Source: Candidatus Poribacteria bacterium (GTDB lineage Bacteria > Poribacteria > WGA-4E > PCPOR2b). Taken from it: DNA of 64,000 bases. The first letter of the stretch is position 1. Each line of letters starts with the position of its first letter. Shown here in pieces: positions 41,730-51,419 of the stretch. The DNA lies in the NCBI GenBank assembly GCA_965208675.1, contig OZ242351.1, positions 2,144,001 through 2,208,000 on the forward strand, written 5' to 3'. Both the position numbers and the translations under genes were made by a program. Under the pieces are notes generated by a model. It searched no databases and was not told the origin of the DNA. It saw nothing but the letters and a program-made list of their open reading frames with translations.

Positions 41730-42386
41730 TTACTCCTGTTTTGCACGCTCAATCTCGGCAAGCAGTTCGCGCGACGCTAAAACCGGATCCGGTTGCGCAC
41801 ACACGGCTGAAATGACAGCAACTCCATGCGCTCCTGCTCGAATGGTTTCATAAGCAGTATCGGCAGTGACACCGCCAATTGCTATGACCGGACGATTGGC
41901 AATTTTCGACACCCGTCGAAGAGCGTCCAAACCCTTTGGAAATTCGGCATCTAGTTTGGAAGATGTCCAGTAAATGGGCCCGAACCCAATGTAGTCCGCG
42001 CCATCGTCGACAGCTTGCATTAGATGTTCTTCAGTCCGTGCAGAAGCGCCAATTATCGCCTTCCGCGGGAAGATTCGGCGCCCGATTGCAATCGGCAAAT
42101 CGTCTTGTCCCAAGTGCACGCCCGCTGCGCCAACGGCCAGCGCGATATCGGCTCGATCATTGACGATTAAGGGTACTCCGTACCGCCTGCAAATGGATTG
42201 AAGCCCTTCCGAAGTTTCAATCAACTGACGGGTCGTGCCAGTTTTCTGCCGAAACTGAATTGTATCGGCGCCTCCTTTGATTGCCATCTCTGCTAACTGG
42301 TAATGGTTGAATCGAGTTTGGGTAGTTGTGTCGGTAATGACATGGAATACACCAATGCTTTTCATGAGGTTTTCCCTAGTCAACAA
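41730..42386 (-). CDS. thiE: Thiamine phosphate synthase
   Basis: QFRQK, IVNDR, GVHLGQDD, PVIAIGG. Confidence 0.95.
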   Translation of the reverse strand: MLTRENLMKSIGVFHVITDTTTQTRFNHYQLAEMAIKGGADTIQFRQKTGTTRQLIETSEGLQSICRRYGVPLIVNDRADIALAVGAAGVHLGQDDLPIAIGRRIFPRKAIIGASARTEEHLMQAVDDGADYIGFGPIYWTSSKLDAEFPKGLDALRRVSKIANRPVIAIGGVTADTAYETIRAGAHGVAVISAVCAQPDPVLASRELLAEIERAKQE

Positions 42387-42446
42387 TGCAATTCGAGCAA
42401 GACATCCTGAAGGCTTTCATGGCAGTCGATAGTGGAAGAGAATTTT

Positions 42447-42475
42447 TTGACGGGAGATGAATAATACGGTATAAT
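42447..42475 (+). promoter_or_regulatory. sigma70 promoter
   Basis: TTGACG-N17-TATAAT upstream of a small ORF. Confidence 0.75.
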
Positions 42476-42529
42476 TTTAACTCTTCGCAGGTTTAGAGAC
42501 TCGTTATGGACGATTTGAGGAGGTACACC

Positions 42530-42766
42530 ATGACAGCGGAACAAACACTATCGCTGAAGAAATCCTTGGAATTGATGTTTGACGGGATTCAAAAAAAGCA
42601 GAATATCACCCAAGCACTTAACCAAATCGAGAAAATACATCAAGAAATAGAATCAACCGCACCGCGAATGCTGATTCATTATCTGCAGCGCCGGAGCTAT
42701 ACTAAGGCTCTCGAATTTCTAAAGGAAGGCACCGTTGTAGAAGATGCAAATCGTCCTGATTGCTAA
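42530..42766 (+). CDS. Small hypothetical protein
   Basis: GAGGAGG RBS, its own promoter, helical LIHYLQRRSYTKALEFL segment. Confidence 0.75.
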   Translation: MTAEQTLSLKKSLELMFDGIQKKQNITQALNQIEKIHQEIESTAPRMLIHYLQRRSYTKALEFLKEGTVVEDANRPDC

Positions 42767-43010
42767 GGCGAATAGGCGAGGTTAGCGTTAACGCTGCCAC
42801 ACCGGAGCGACCGTACACGGAACATGTGATGATGTGCACTGTCGAGTTGTGAACTCTCGCCGGAGATTCGATATGAACTGGAGACGGCGATTATCTGGAC
42901 TTGGGGAAGTTACATCAATTTCGCCATCCGTAATTTCTTTAGTTTCCGCACAATTTCTGTAATTGTCCTCGCAGTTATTCAACCCGCTTCAAACGCCCCG
43001 CGAATAGAAT

Positions 43011-46000
43011 CTATCCCGCACGGTGATAGCCATGCCCTTCACCGGTAATTTGGTATAGGGCATCCGCTGTCCAGAAATGCACCTCAGGATCGTCATCGTC
43101 CAAAGCCGTTTCGAGCACAGATATAGCACCTTGATGCTTTGACGCGGCAAGTCCCTTGATGATGTCTAACCTCAAATTCTTGGTCGTCTGATTCACCGGA
43201 AGCGATTTCAGTTTTTCAATCAATGCCGAAACGGCGGCGTCAGTCCCTATTTTTCCAAGTGCAATTGCGGCATCGCGGCGAATCTCTTCATGATTGGTTT
43301 CAGTGTTGAAGACATCTATAAGATCGGGCACGGTGGAGGCGTCTGCGAATTCACCTACACCTTGCGTGGCTCCGCGCCGCACATCTTTATCCGATTCTGT
43401 TTCACCTTTCATAATTTTCACAATTTCATCTTGAAATTCTCGAAGCTTGCCTTCACCAATTCCAAGCGCTGTGGACTGGCGGACTTCTTTTTTCTTGTCA
43501 TTCAGCAGTTCTCTAAGCTTCGATATGGCTTCCGGGGTTTTGGACCTTCCAAGCGCATTGGCGGCTGCGGCCTTAATGGGCCAACTTTCAGGTTTACTAC
43601 TCTCGACTCGCTCAATCATCTTGTTCGCCACGAAGGGTGACAATTGAAACGGTTTGGAGGCACTGACGAACGCCTCAAACACAGGGTTGTGGGTAAATGT
43701 ATCCGGTGTTATCGTCACGCTATATTCAGTGTCGTCAACGAGCCGCCTGCTTATTGATTCAGCCGCACGGCTATCCCCAATTGCCGCGAGCGCGTCGGCG
43801 GCAATCGTACGGGTGTCCGACTCCAGGCTTCGATCTTCGAGAATAGCTATCAATTCCGTCACGGCTTCACGACTTTTGAGTTTGCCAAGCGCCGTAATAA
43901 CGCTCTTGTGGACAGTTCCGGTTTCTGCTCTAAAAATGCGAAGGATTGCCGCTTCCGAGCTGCGGTCGCCAATCAAACCGAGTGCAGTTACACAAGCCGT
44001 CCGCACCGATGTATCCTCTAGAGGGTTATGGAGGATTTCAATTAGTTTATTGACAGCGTTTGCCCCTTTGATAACGCCCAATGCTGTTGCAGCCTGCAAC
44101 CGAACTTCAGCGTTCTCATCGTCTAACGCAGCAAGGAGCGGAACGGAAGCACGTTCGTCACGCAACTTCGCCAATGACGCGGCTGCCGCCGCTCGAATTG
44201 ACTTTGACTCATTCGTATTTTCAAGCACCGCAGTTAAGTCGGCAACAGCACTTCGATCTTTGAGTTTTCCAAGTGCAGCCACTGCCTCTTTGCGAACAAG
44301 GTAGCTCTGATTTGCCATCTCCTCACGTATCGCAGCCATTAAGTTTTGATGCAGCGCCGGCGTCATTGTTACCTTGTCGGACGTCCCCCGGATTTCTCCG
44401 ATTGTATGTACAACTGCCCAGCGTATCCATTCTTCATCATCGTGGACGGATTTCAGCGCATCAAGCAGCCAATTGATTGTAGACGCATTACCATCTTTGA
44501 CGAGTGAAGCAATCACTTCATTCATTACGGATTGGACTTCGTGCTTTTCTTCAAAGGGCCCTAAGCCTTTTTTCAACACATCGACCAACCCGCTGTCAGC
44601 TAATTCTTGCTTTAGTTCACGCAAAGTGATTGCGGCTTGTTTACGAGTTTTTTCAAACTTGTCCCTTTTGAGAGATGTTAGCAAAGGACCGACCACCTTT
44701 TCCCCTTTGATTTTGTTTAACGCAGCCGCAGCCTCTTGCCGCACAATGCCGTGCTCATCATTCTTGAGCGCATCAATCAAGTGGGAAATAACGGATTCTC
44801 CGTTGATATCTCCTAAAGCTAGCGCAGCACTCCGGCGAACGGCTGCACGCTCGTCGTCCTTCAGGGCGTGAAACAGCGCATCCAGTACTTGGTCACCTTG
44901 GGTGTAGACGTTTAGGCTTTCACCGACTTTCCGGAAATGGTACCGCTGCTGGTTTTCTTTATCGGTTACAAACCAAATTTCGCCTGCCCGCTCGACTACA
45001 ATAGTTGGGTTTTGAGAGAGTGCGATTTCTTTATCTTTAAGTGCATGCCGTAAATTTTCCGGAATCTTGCCACTGTTTAGATCTGTGACATACTCGGCTA
45101 ATTGAGCGCTGGAAAACAGTAATTTTCCTCTAATCTTGCCCAGTGAGATGGCTGCCTCGCTTCGGACAAGACCGGGAATCGGCTTTAATTCTCCCCACTT
45201 TTGATAATCAGGTTGCGGATATTCAGGCGTCCATTGAATACCTAAGGCATCAACAGCAACGCCCAATGCCTCAAGGGTCTTATGTTGCCTTTTCATGTGC
45301 CGTTGGAAATCCTTGACATCTTCGTAGCGTGTTGACAAAACCCATAAAAGCGCAGACACTGTTTCTTGTGCTTTAATTTCTCCCAAAACTGCCGCTGCGT
45401 CTTTTCGAATAATTTCACTGGTCTCATCGCTGAACATCAACTGCATCATTGGCTGAACCGCTTGGTTTGTCTCGAGTTGACTTAATGCGGAAAGCGCCGC
45501 CCTCCTTATCGTCTCGCGTCCACGTTTGTTCATCGCCATTGCGATGAGTTTGCTAATTGCCCGCTCACTCTCATTGTTGATGTTGCCGAGTGCGACGGCA
45601 GCGTTAGTTGCAGTGGTATCATCTAAATCAAGGGCGTCAGTCAGTGCATCAACAGCGATGTTGTTCCTACCAGGGGTTTTCATCGTGCCGAGGGCTTTAG
45701 CCGCAGCCGCTTTGACTTCCTTTCTGGGATCGCTCTTTAGAGATTCGCTGAGGGAGGGTAACGTTCGCAAATCTCCAATCAAGTCCATGACCTCGGCGGT
45801 CCGAATCCTGATAAAATCCCTGGAAACTTTTAGGTTACCCGCGTCTTTTCTGACATTATAGGTTCTTTTTTTATGATGTTTACTTTTATCAGTTATCAAC
45901 CATTTGCTGTCTTCTTCCTCAAGAAAAATGGATACATTTTCAGAAACGGCGAATCCGTTATTTTCCAACACCCGTTTTAAATTCGCCGAGACGTATCCGT

Positions 46001-47306
46001 TGTTTAGATCGTTCTGGAACTCCGTGCTGATAAGAAATGACGGATAACGCAGCGCTTGAATCAGATGGGGAACAGCAACTTCCTTCATTACGGCCAACGC
46101 ACTAGCTACCTCTCCATGTAAATCATCGTTTTCAAAAAGATTGATTAGCCGTGCAACGGCACTCTTGGCTCTCAGGGCACCAAGGGTCTGAATCGCTGCG
46201 GCTTGGGTGCTGATTCGGCGGTTTTTCAGCCGGTCTGTATCAATATAGACATTTGCAATGTACTGATACTCATTCCTGAAATTAGGTTCGTCATCTTCCT
46301 CTGGAATTACGTTCCTAGCCCCTGAGTCCAATACTTCAATCAATGGATCAATTGATAACGGTCCAATCTGGATCAGTGCGGTCATTGCGCTGTTTTTGAC
46401 GTGTTCATTGGCATCTGCGAGCAACCGGACTAGATCTACTATGGAATCTTCTGACTTCAGTATACCGAGCAGCTTTGCGGATAACATACGCACCTGTGCG
46501 ACGTTAGTCCTTGTGGCAAGCTTCAGTGCGGGAATAATGCTTTGCTGGTCTTTTAACCCCTCTAGCGCTACAATTGCCTCGTACAACACATCTGCCGATT
46601 CATCCTTTTTATTCAGAACGGATTCTAGCTCGCGGATGAGCCGCGGATCTTTTAAGTCTCCTAAGTGCTTTATAGCCTGTTTTCTGATGGCGGCGTCAGA
46701 ATTTTGAATTTCATTGACCATCAGATTGTAAACCAAATCTTGATTATTAAGTTGCTGAATTAGTGCGGATGATGCCTGTCGATGCTGTGGATGAAAGCAA
46801 TTTTCCGCCTCCAGCAACGCCGTGATGACAACGGAATTTGGTTGACTCGCTAAGGTTGAAATGAGTTGTGTGTTTTGCTCGGCGGCTTCCGCGAGCGCGT
46901 TTGCGAAGGCACCAACAATCGAGTTTCGAGATCGAACAAGCCATTCGAGTTGGTCCAACTCATCCGAATCTGGATCCTCAAGCGTCTCCGATGCTTCAAT
47001 CTCATCCTTCAGGGGCTGTAAATTACCGAGAATTTTCTGAATGGCATTGTGCCAGTCAATCGCTTTCGTTTTCCAACCCTTACCTGAGGTTGCACGCAAC
47101 TGCAGTAACTCTTGCAGCGATTGGGCTTCGAGGTGATTCGGTTTGCTCGAAATCACGGCTTGTATCGCTGTTTGAGCAACGGTATAATTTGCATCATCCA
47201 TCGCCTTCCGCGCTTCTAGCAAGTCTTCATCCTCTTTTTCTCCACACCCAGCGAGTAAACCGATAATTAAACCAAAACTGATAGACAGGAGAAACCTGCG
47301 TTTCAT
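43011..47306 (-). CDS. Giant HEAT (PBS-lyase type) repeat lipoprotein with two inserted ~70-aa modules
   Basis: Lipoprotein signal MKRRFLLS...LLAGC after AAGGAG; more than 20 HEAT repeats of the VRxxAAxALG type. Confidence 0.88.
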   Translation of the reverse strand: MKRRFLLSISFGLIIGLLAGCGEKEDEDLLEARKAMDDANYTVAQTAIQAVISSKPNHLEAQSLQELLQLRATSGKGWKTKAIDWHNAIQKILGNLQPLKDEIEASETLEDPDSDELDQLEWLVRSRNSIVGAFANALAEAAEQNTQLISTLASQPNSVVITALLEAENCFHPQHRQASSALIQQLNNQDLVYNLMVNEIQNSDAAIRKQAIKHLGDLKDPRLIRELESVLNKKDESADVLYEAIVALEGLKDQQSIIPALKLATRTNVAQVRMLSAKLLGILKSEDSIVDLVRLLADANEHVKNSAMTALIQIGPLSIDPLIEVLDSGARNVIPEEDDEPNFRNEYQYIANVYIDTDRLKNRRISTQAAAIQTLGALRAKSAVARLINLFENDDLHGEVASALAVMKEVAVPHLIQALRYPSFLISTEFQNDLNNGYVSANLKRVLENNGFAVSENVSIFLEEEDSKWLITDKSKHHKKRTYNVRKDAGNLKVSRDFIRIRTAEVMDLIGDLRTLPSLSESLKSDPRKEVKAAAAKALGTMKTPGRNNIAVDALTDALDLDDTTATNAAVALGNINNESERAISKLIAMAMNKRGRETIRRAALSALSQLETNQAVQPMMQLMFSDETSEIIRKDAAAVLGEIKAQETVSALLWVLSTRYEDVKDFQRHMKRQHKTLEALGVAVDALGIQWTPEYPQPDYQKWGELKPIPGLVRSEAAISLGKIRGKLLFSSAQLAEYVTDLNSGKIPENLRHALKDKEIALSQNPTIVVERAGEIWFVTDKENQQRYHFRKVGESLNVYTQGDQVLDALFHALKDDERAAVRRSAALALGDINGESVISHLIDALKNDEHGIVRQEAAAALNKIKGEKVVGPLLTSLKRDKFEKTRKQAAITLRELKQELADSGLVDVLKKGLGPFEEKHEVQSVMNEVIASLVKDGNASTINWLLDALKSVHDDEEWIRWAVVHTIGEIRGTSDKVTMTPALHQNLMAAIREEMANQSYLVRKEAVAALGKLKDRSAVADLTAVLENTNESKSIRAAAAASLAKLRDERASVPLLAALDDENAEVRLQAATALGVIKGANAVNKLIEILHNPLEDTSVRTACVTALGLIGDRSSEAAILRIFRAETGTVHKSVITALGKLKSREAVTELIAILEDRSLESDTRTIAADALAAIGDSRAAESISRRLVDDTEYSVTITPDTFTHNPVFEAFVSASKPFQLSPFVANKMIERVESSKPESWPIKAAAANALGRSKTPEAISKLRELLNDKKKEVRQSTALGIGEGKLREFQDEIVKIMKGETESDKDVRRGATQGVGEFADASTVPDLIDVFNTETNHEEIRRDAAIALGKIGTDAAVSALIEKLKSLPVNQTTKNLRLDIIKGLAASKHQGAISVLETALDDDDPEVHFWTADALYQITGEGHGYHRAG

Positions 47307-47442
47307 TTGCGAACTCCTTTCGATTCGATAATGATGCAAAAATGAAGGCATGATGCGTGAAATGCGACGTGCAAAACGTGGGAAAATATTACCATTCTGC
47401 CTCTTAACGAGTGTCAATCGATAACCTAATGTATATGTATTT

Positions 47443-48195
47443 TTAAATGTTGAGGTTGTCAATGAATTTTAAGCTCTTCAAATCGCGCTCAATATGATAT
47501 GAGATAAAGGTCGCAAGCACAAACTTCAGTTCACGATGATTTAGAATTGATGCGCGAAATCTCCCCAAACGCGATAGACTAGATTTTTGGAGTTGCTGCA
47601 TTAACTGACAACTTCCTCTTGAAACCGCAATTGCATTCGCATCACGATCGCTACACCTCACACAGAGCATTCCGCCAAAACGAGAACTAAAATGCAACGT
47701 GGCATCCTTGAAGGCGTGGGTACAAGCCACACAGTGGGAAAGCTGCGGCGACAATCCCGCTAAGCCAAGCAATTGTAACTCGAAAGCACGCGCAAATAAC
47801 GCAATATCATCGACTTGCGCCATGGTTTCAAATCCGTGCTGCAGCAGGTGAAAAATCTGTTGGTCGACCGAATGATCGGACTCAATTGCGCCAATAAGTT
47901 CCGCGAGATAACAGCCGTAAATTGTTCGATCGAAATCTGCTTTGATTCCTTCAAAGGAACTAATCAAGTCAAAGTCATTGACAATCTGCAAATCTTTGTT
48001 CGGACGCTCAAAAAACACTAAGGTACCGTAATTCAGGAGTTCAAGACCTCCTGCCAAACGACTTTTCGGTCGTCTGACGCCTCGGGCAACAGCTTTAATC
48101 TTACCAAACTCGGCGGTATAAAAAGTGATGATTTTATCAGATTCACGGAGAGGATAAAATCGAATGACAATCGCAGGTGTTTTTTGGACTGGCAT
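47443..48195 (-). CDS. recO: DNA repair protein RecO
   Basis: ESDKIITFYT...GKIKAVARGVRRPKSR, zinc finger CVAC/CVRC, LKSLKF. Confidence 0.93.
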   Translation of the reverse strand: MPVQKTPAIVIRFYPLRESDKIITFYTAEFGKIKAVARGVRRPKSRLAGGLELLNYGTLVFFERPNKDLQIVNDFDLISSFEGIKADFDRTIYGCYLAELIGAIESDHSVDQQIFHLLQHGFETMAQVDDIALFARAFELQLLGLAGLSPQLSHCVACTHAFKDATLHFSSRFGGMLCVRCSDRDANAIAVSRGSCQLMQQLQKSSLSRLGRFRASILNHRELKFVLATFISYHIERDLKSLKFIDNLNI

Positions 48196-48262
48196 TTTAC
48201 GATAACAAAATGGGACAATAGGCCGATTGATAAATCGTACCATTGTCCCATGACTTAATGGA

Positions 48263-48337
<75 letters not shown>

Positions 48338-48368
48338 ATGGGTTGAAAAACGCTGTATTTTGCCACTG

Positions 48369-48397
48369 ATTGTATCATATCAGGAGGAACCTGTCAA
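48369..48397 (-). promoter_or_regulatory. sigma70 promoter of tRNA-Pro (probably also recO)
   Basis: TTGACA-N17-TACAAT. Confidence 0.8.
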
Positions 48398-48447
48398 GCT
48401 TCCTTTGCTGTACTTAATTGTGCGCATTTTTTATCTGTAAAAAATTC

Positions 48448-49767
48448 TCACTGTCCGGCAGGGCCGGATTGATTAGATTTGCCATCCGCCATGTTGAGGG
48501 TCTGAATTTGGATACGGTGCACCCGCCGTTCATCCGCTTGCAGAACAGTAAACTCCATGCCTTGATAAGCGAATCGATCTCCTTGTGCGGGAACTTTCCC
48601 GAAGTAATCCACTACAAAACCGCCGATAGTGTCTACGTTTTCCGATTCTATCTGTGTGCCGAGCTGCTCATTCAGATTGTCGATGCTCATACGCGCGTCA
48701 ACCGAATACACGTTTTCGCCTAATGAATGGCATTCTTCCAGTTCATCGGAATCATATTCATCTTGAATTTCACCAACAATCTCCTCAATAATGTCTTCCA
48801 AGGTAACAACTCCGGCTGTGCCGCCATATTCATCGACAACAATTGCCATGTGCTGTTTGTTTGCACGCAAATCGCGAAAAAGTTCAGATATTTTCTTGCT
48901 TTCAGGTGTGAAAAACGGGGGCCTATCCTTTACGAGCATCCTTAAATCTATTGGCTTGCCTTCAGCCCAATAGTCCAACATATCCTTCACATTAAGGATG
49001 CCGACGATATGGTCAATTGTCTCTTCGTAAACAGGGATTCGTGAATGCCTCGACCCAATCGCGGTTTGGAGCACTTCTTTCTCAGATGTAGAAACTTCTA
49101 GGCATACCATATCGGTTCTTGGAATGATAATTTCGCGAGCAACGATATCGGGAAGATCCAAAATACGCGAAATCATTTCTCGTTCATCAGGCTCCAAAAT
49201 CTCCTGGCTGTCGCCAACATTTACTACCGTTTCCAGCTCTTCCGGTGTAACTATATTGTCTTGTATAGTGCGATCTTTTCCACCCAGAATTCGCACACCG
49301 AAGTATCCAAGCAAGGTTAACGGTTTGATTACAAAATATAGCACCCAATAAGCGACCCGCAAAAAGCGTAGCGCATGAATCGTTGAATTCTCGGAACTTC
49401 CCCGCACGTAATTTTTCGGAATTAACTCAGTGATGACCACAATGGTAACGGCGGCAAGAATTGCTCCAATAATATCCCTAATCCCCGGAGGTCCAACTTT
49501 GACTAGGGACAAAAATATTACTACAATCGATACAATTAATCCGCTCTTGGCGATGATAATCGTCGACGAATATCTCCGTGAATCTCGGAGCAGCGAAGCC
49601 AAAATCTCATACCGCTTGCCGCCTGCTTCGGCGATATTCAGCATATCATTCCTGGTCAGTCGGGCAAGCAACGTCTCTGCGGCGGAAAACAACACTGCCA
49701 AGATTAACAGAGCAAACAAACCAACCAGTTTAAGGATACTATTTATGTCGTCCAAGTGTGAAATCAC
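48448..49767 (-). CDS. HlyC/CorC (CNNM-CBS-CorC) transporter
   Basis: FSAAET, ELIPK, HSRIPVYE, VVDEYGGTAGVVTLEDIIEEIVGEIQDE. Confidence 0.92.
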   Translation of the reverse strand: MISHLDDINSILKLVGLFALLILAVLFSAAETLLARLTRNDMLNIAEAGGKRYEILASLLRDSRRYSSTIIIAKSGLIVSIVVIFLSLVKVGPPGIRDIIGAILAAVTIVVITELIPKNYVRGSSENSTIHALRFLRVAYWVLYFVIKPLTLLGYFGVRILGGKDRTIQDNIVTPEELETVVNVGDSQEILEPDEREMISRILDLPDIVAREIIIPRTDMVCLEVSTSEKEVLQTAIGSRHSRIPVYEETIDHIVGILNVKDMLDYWAEGKPIDLRMLVKDRPPFFTPESKKISELFRDLRANKQHMAIVVDEYGGTAGVVTLEDIIEEIVGEIQDEYDSDELEECHSLGENVYSVDARMSIDNLNEQLGTQIESENVDTIGGFVVDYFGKVPAQGDRFAYQGMEFTVLQADERRVHRIQIQTLNMADGKSNQSGPAGQ

Positions 49768-49846
49768 ACTCCTAAAGTTAAACCTTCAAAATCATACAAG
49801 GCAGAAAACTAAGCTCCCGCAGCACAAAGCCGCGTACAGATTGTGA

Positions 49847-50272
49847 CTAAATCAGGCGGAGGATTTCTTCCTGTTTCTCGAACATAATCGCAGCGTCCTG
49901 CGGCGTTTGATGGTCGTAACCGAGGAGATGAAGCACGCCATGTACAGTCAGCCAGGCGAGTTCAGTTTCGAGGGAATGGTGTTTTTCGGCGGCTTGGCGT
50001 TGAGCTGTCTGAACAGAAATTACCACATCGCCAAGTAGATGTGAATGTAGATTGCCGTCAATTCCATCATTCATGGCAAAAGCCAACACATCAGTTGGTG
50101 CGGTAATTTGACGGTATTTCCGATTTAGGGTTTCAATTTCAAGGTCGTCCGTAATCAGTATGCTCACTTCGCAATCTTCCAAACCGTGTGTTCGTAACGA
50201 TGCCAACGCCGCGTTATGGATAATTGTTTCATCCAAATCGGGTTTCTGACTGTTATTGCTGGTGAGAATCAT
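49847..50272 (-). CDS. ybeY: rRNA maturation RNase YbeY
   Basis: LNRKYR, PTDVLAF, HGVLHLLGYDH. Confidence 0.96.
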   Translation of the reverse strand: MILTSNNSQKPDLDETIIHNAALASLRTHGLEDCEVSILITDDLEIETLNRKYRQITAPTDVLAFAMNDGIDGNLHSHLLGDVVISVQTAQRQAAEKHHSLETELAWLTVHGVLHLLGYDHQTPQDAAIMFEKQEEILRLI

Positions 50273-50284
50273 CGGTGCGGCTGT

Positions 50285-51295
50285 TCAGGTTAGACGCCTG
50301 TTTTCTTCAGTGTGGTTGGAATTTTGGGATGGAACAACTGTACGATTTTCGTAAGCTTCAATAATCCGTTGGACTAACTCGTGCCGAACGACATCTTCGC
50401 TTGAAAAGTAGATAAACGAAATTCCCGCAATGGTGGAGAGCACTGCTTGGGCGTCGGCAAGCCCCGAGACTTTGCCGAGAGGTAAATCCGTTTGAGTGAT
50501 GTCTCCAGTGACAACCGCTTTGGAATCATAACCGAGTCGAGTGAGAAACATCTTCATCTGTTCTACGGTAGCGTTTTGCGCTTCGTCAAGCACAACAAAG
50601 GAGTTATTTAGCGTACGGCCCCGCATGAAAGCGAGCGGCGCAACTTCAATTATGTTACGCTCAATATAACGTTCAAGGGATTCCGGAGGAATCATATCGT
50701 ACAGTGCATCGTACAAAGGGCGCAAATAAGGGTCAATCTTTGCAGAAATGTCACCCGGTAGAAACCCGAGCCTTTCTCCTGCTTCAACTGCAGGGCGGGT
50801 TAAAATAATTCGGCTAGTCTGCCCGCCTTTTAGGGCTGAAACAGCCATTGCCATTGCAAGGTAGGTTTTTCCCGTTCCTGCTGGACCTATCCCGAAAACA
50901 AGATCGTGGTTTTTTATGGCTTCCACATAACGCCCTTGTCCAGGGGTTTTCGGACGCACAACCCCACGTTTGGAAAATACGGGAATGGCTGGCCCTACCG
51001 ATTTTTCCAGCTGAATGAGTTTCTCGCTTCTTGATACTCGAACTGCGTGTTTGACGTCGCTTGCGTCAATTTGTTGACCGCTTCGAACGAGATTGAGCAA
51101 CGACTCGAACGTCTTGCCGACTCGGTGAACATCTTTGGAATCATCACCGACAATTCTCAATCCGTCACTTTTCACAGTAACTTTGGCGTTGAAGCTATCT
51201 TCGACAATTTTCAGAAAAACATCCGCTTGACCGAAAATTACTTGCGCTTCAGCATGGTCCTGTATCGGGACGCTTAAAGACTCTTGATTCTGCAA
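50285..51295 (-). CDS. phoH: PhoH-like ATPase
   Basis: GPAGTGKT, RPAVEAGERLGFLPGD, LDEAQN, DVVRH. Confidence 0.95.
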   Translation of the reverse strand: MQNQESLSVPIQDHAEAQVIFGQADVFLKIVEDSFNAKVTVKSDGLRIVGDDSKDVHRVGKTFESLLNLVRSGQQIDASDVKHAVRVSRSEKLIQLEKSVGPAIPVFSKRGVVRPKTPGQGRYVEAIKNHDLVFGIGPAGTGKTYLAMAMAVSALKGGQTSRIILTRPAVEAGERLGFLPGDISAKIDPYLRPLYDALYDMIPPESLERYIERNIIEVAPLAFMRGRTLNNSFVVLDEAQNATVEQMKMFLTRLGYDSKAVVTGDITQTDLPLGKVSGLADAQAVLSTIAGISFIYFSSEDVVRHELVQRIIEAYENRTVVPSQNSNHTEENRRLT

Positions 51296-51419
51296 TACGA
51301 TATCACTCTCCCTGCTTAATTGTATATGAAATTTGGAATTTATGCAAGCCGAAAGGTTTTGGCTCGGGAAATGTACGAATCAACACGGCTGCCGAATCTT
51401 ACCATAAGTATTTCTACAT

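Noticed and set aside
42770-43005. Protein-like stretch on the + strand (ELSPEIRYELETAIIWTWG...)
   Set aside because: No start codon or RBS and no recognisable family; at most an unidentifiable remnant.
44904-46043. The ~70-aa inserts as inteins
   Set aside because: No C-terminal HN followed by C/S/T, no intein block motifs, and shorter than minimal inteins.
47307-47462. N-terminal extension of the HEAT ORF overlapping recO in the ORF track
   Set aside because: The RBS and lipoprotein signal peptide place the real start at 47306.
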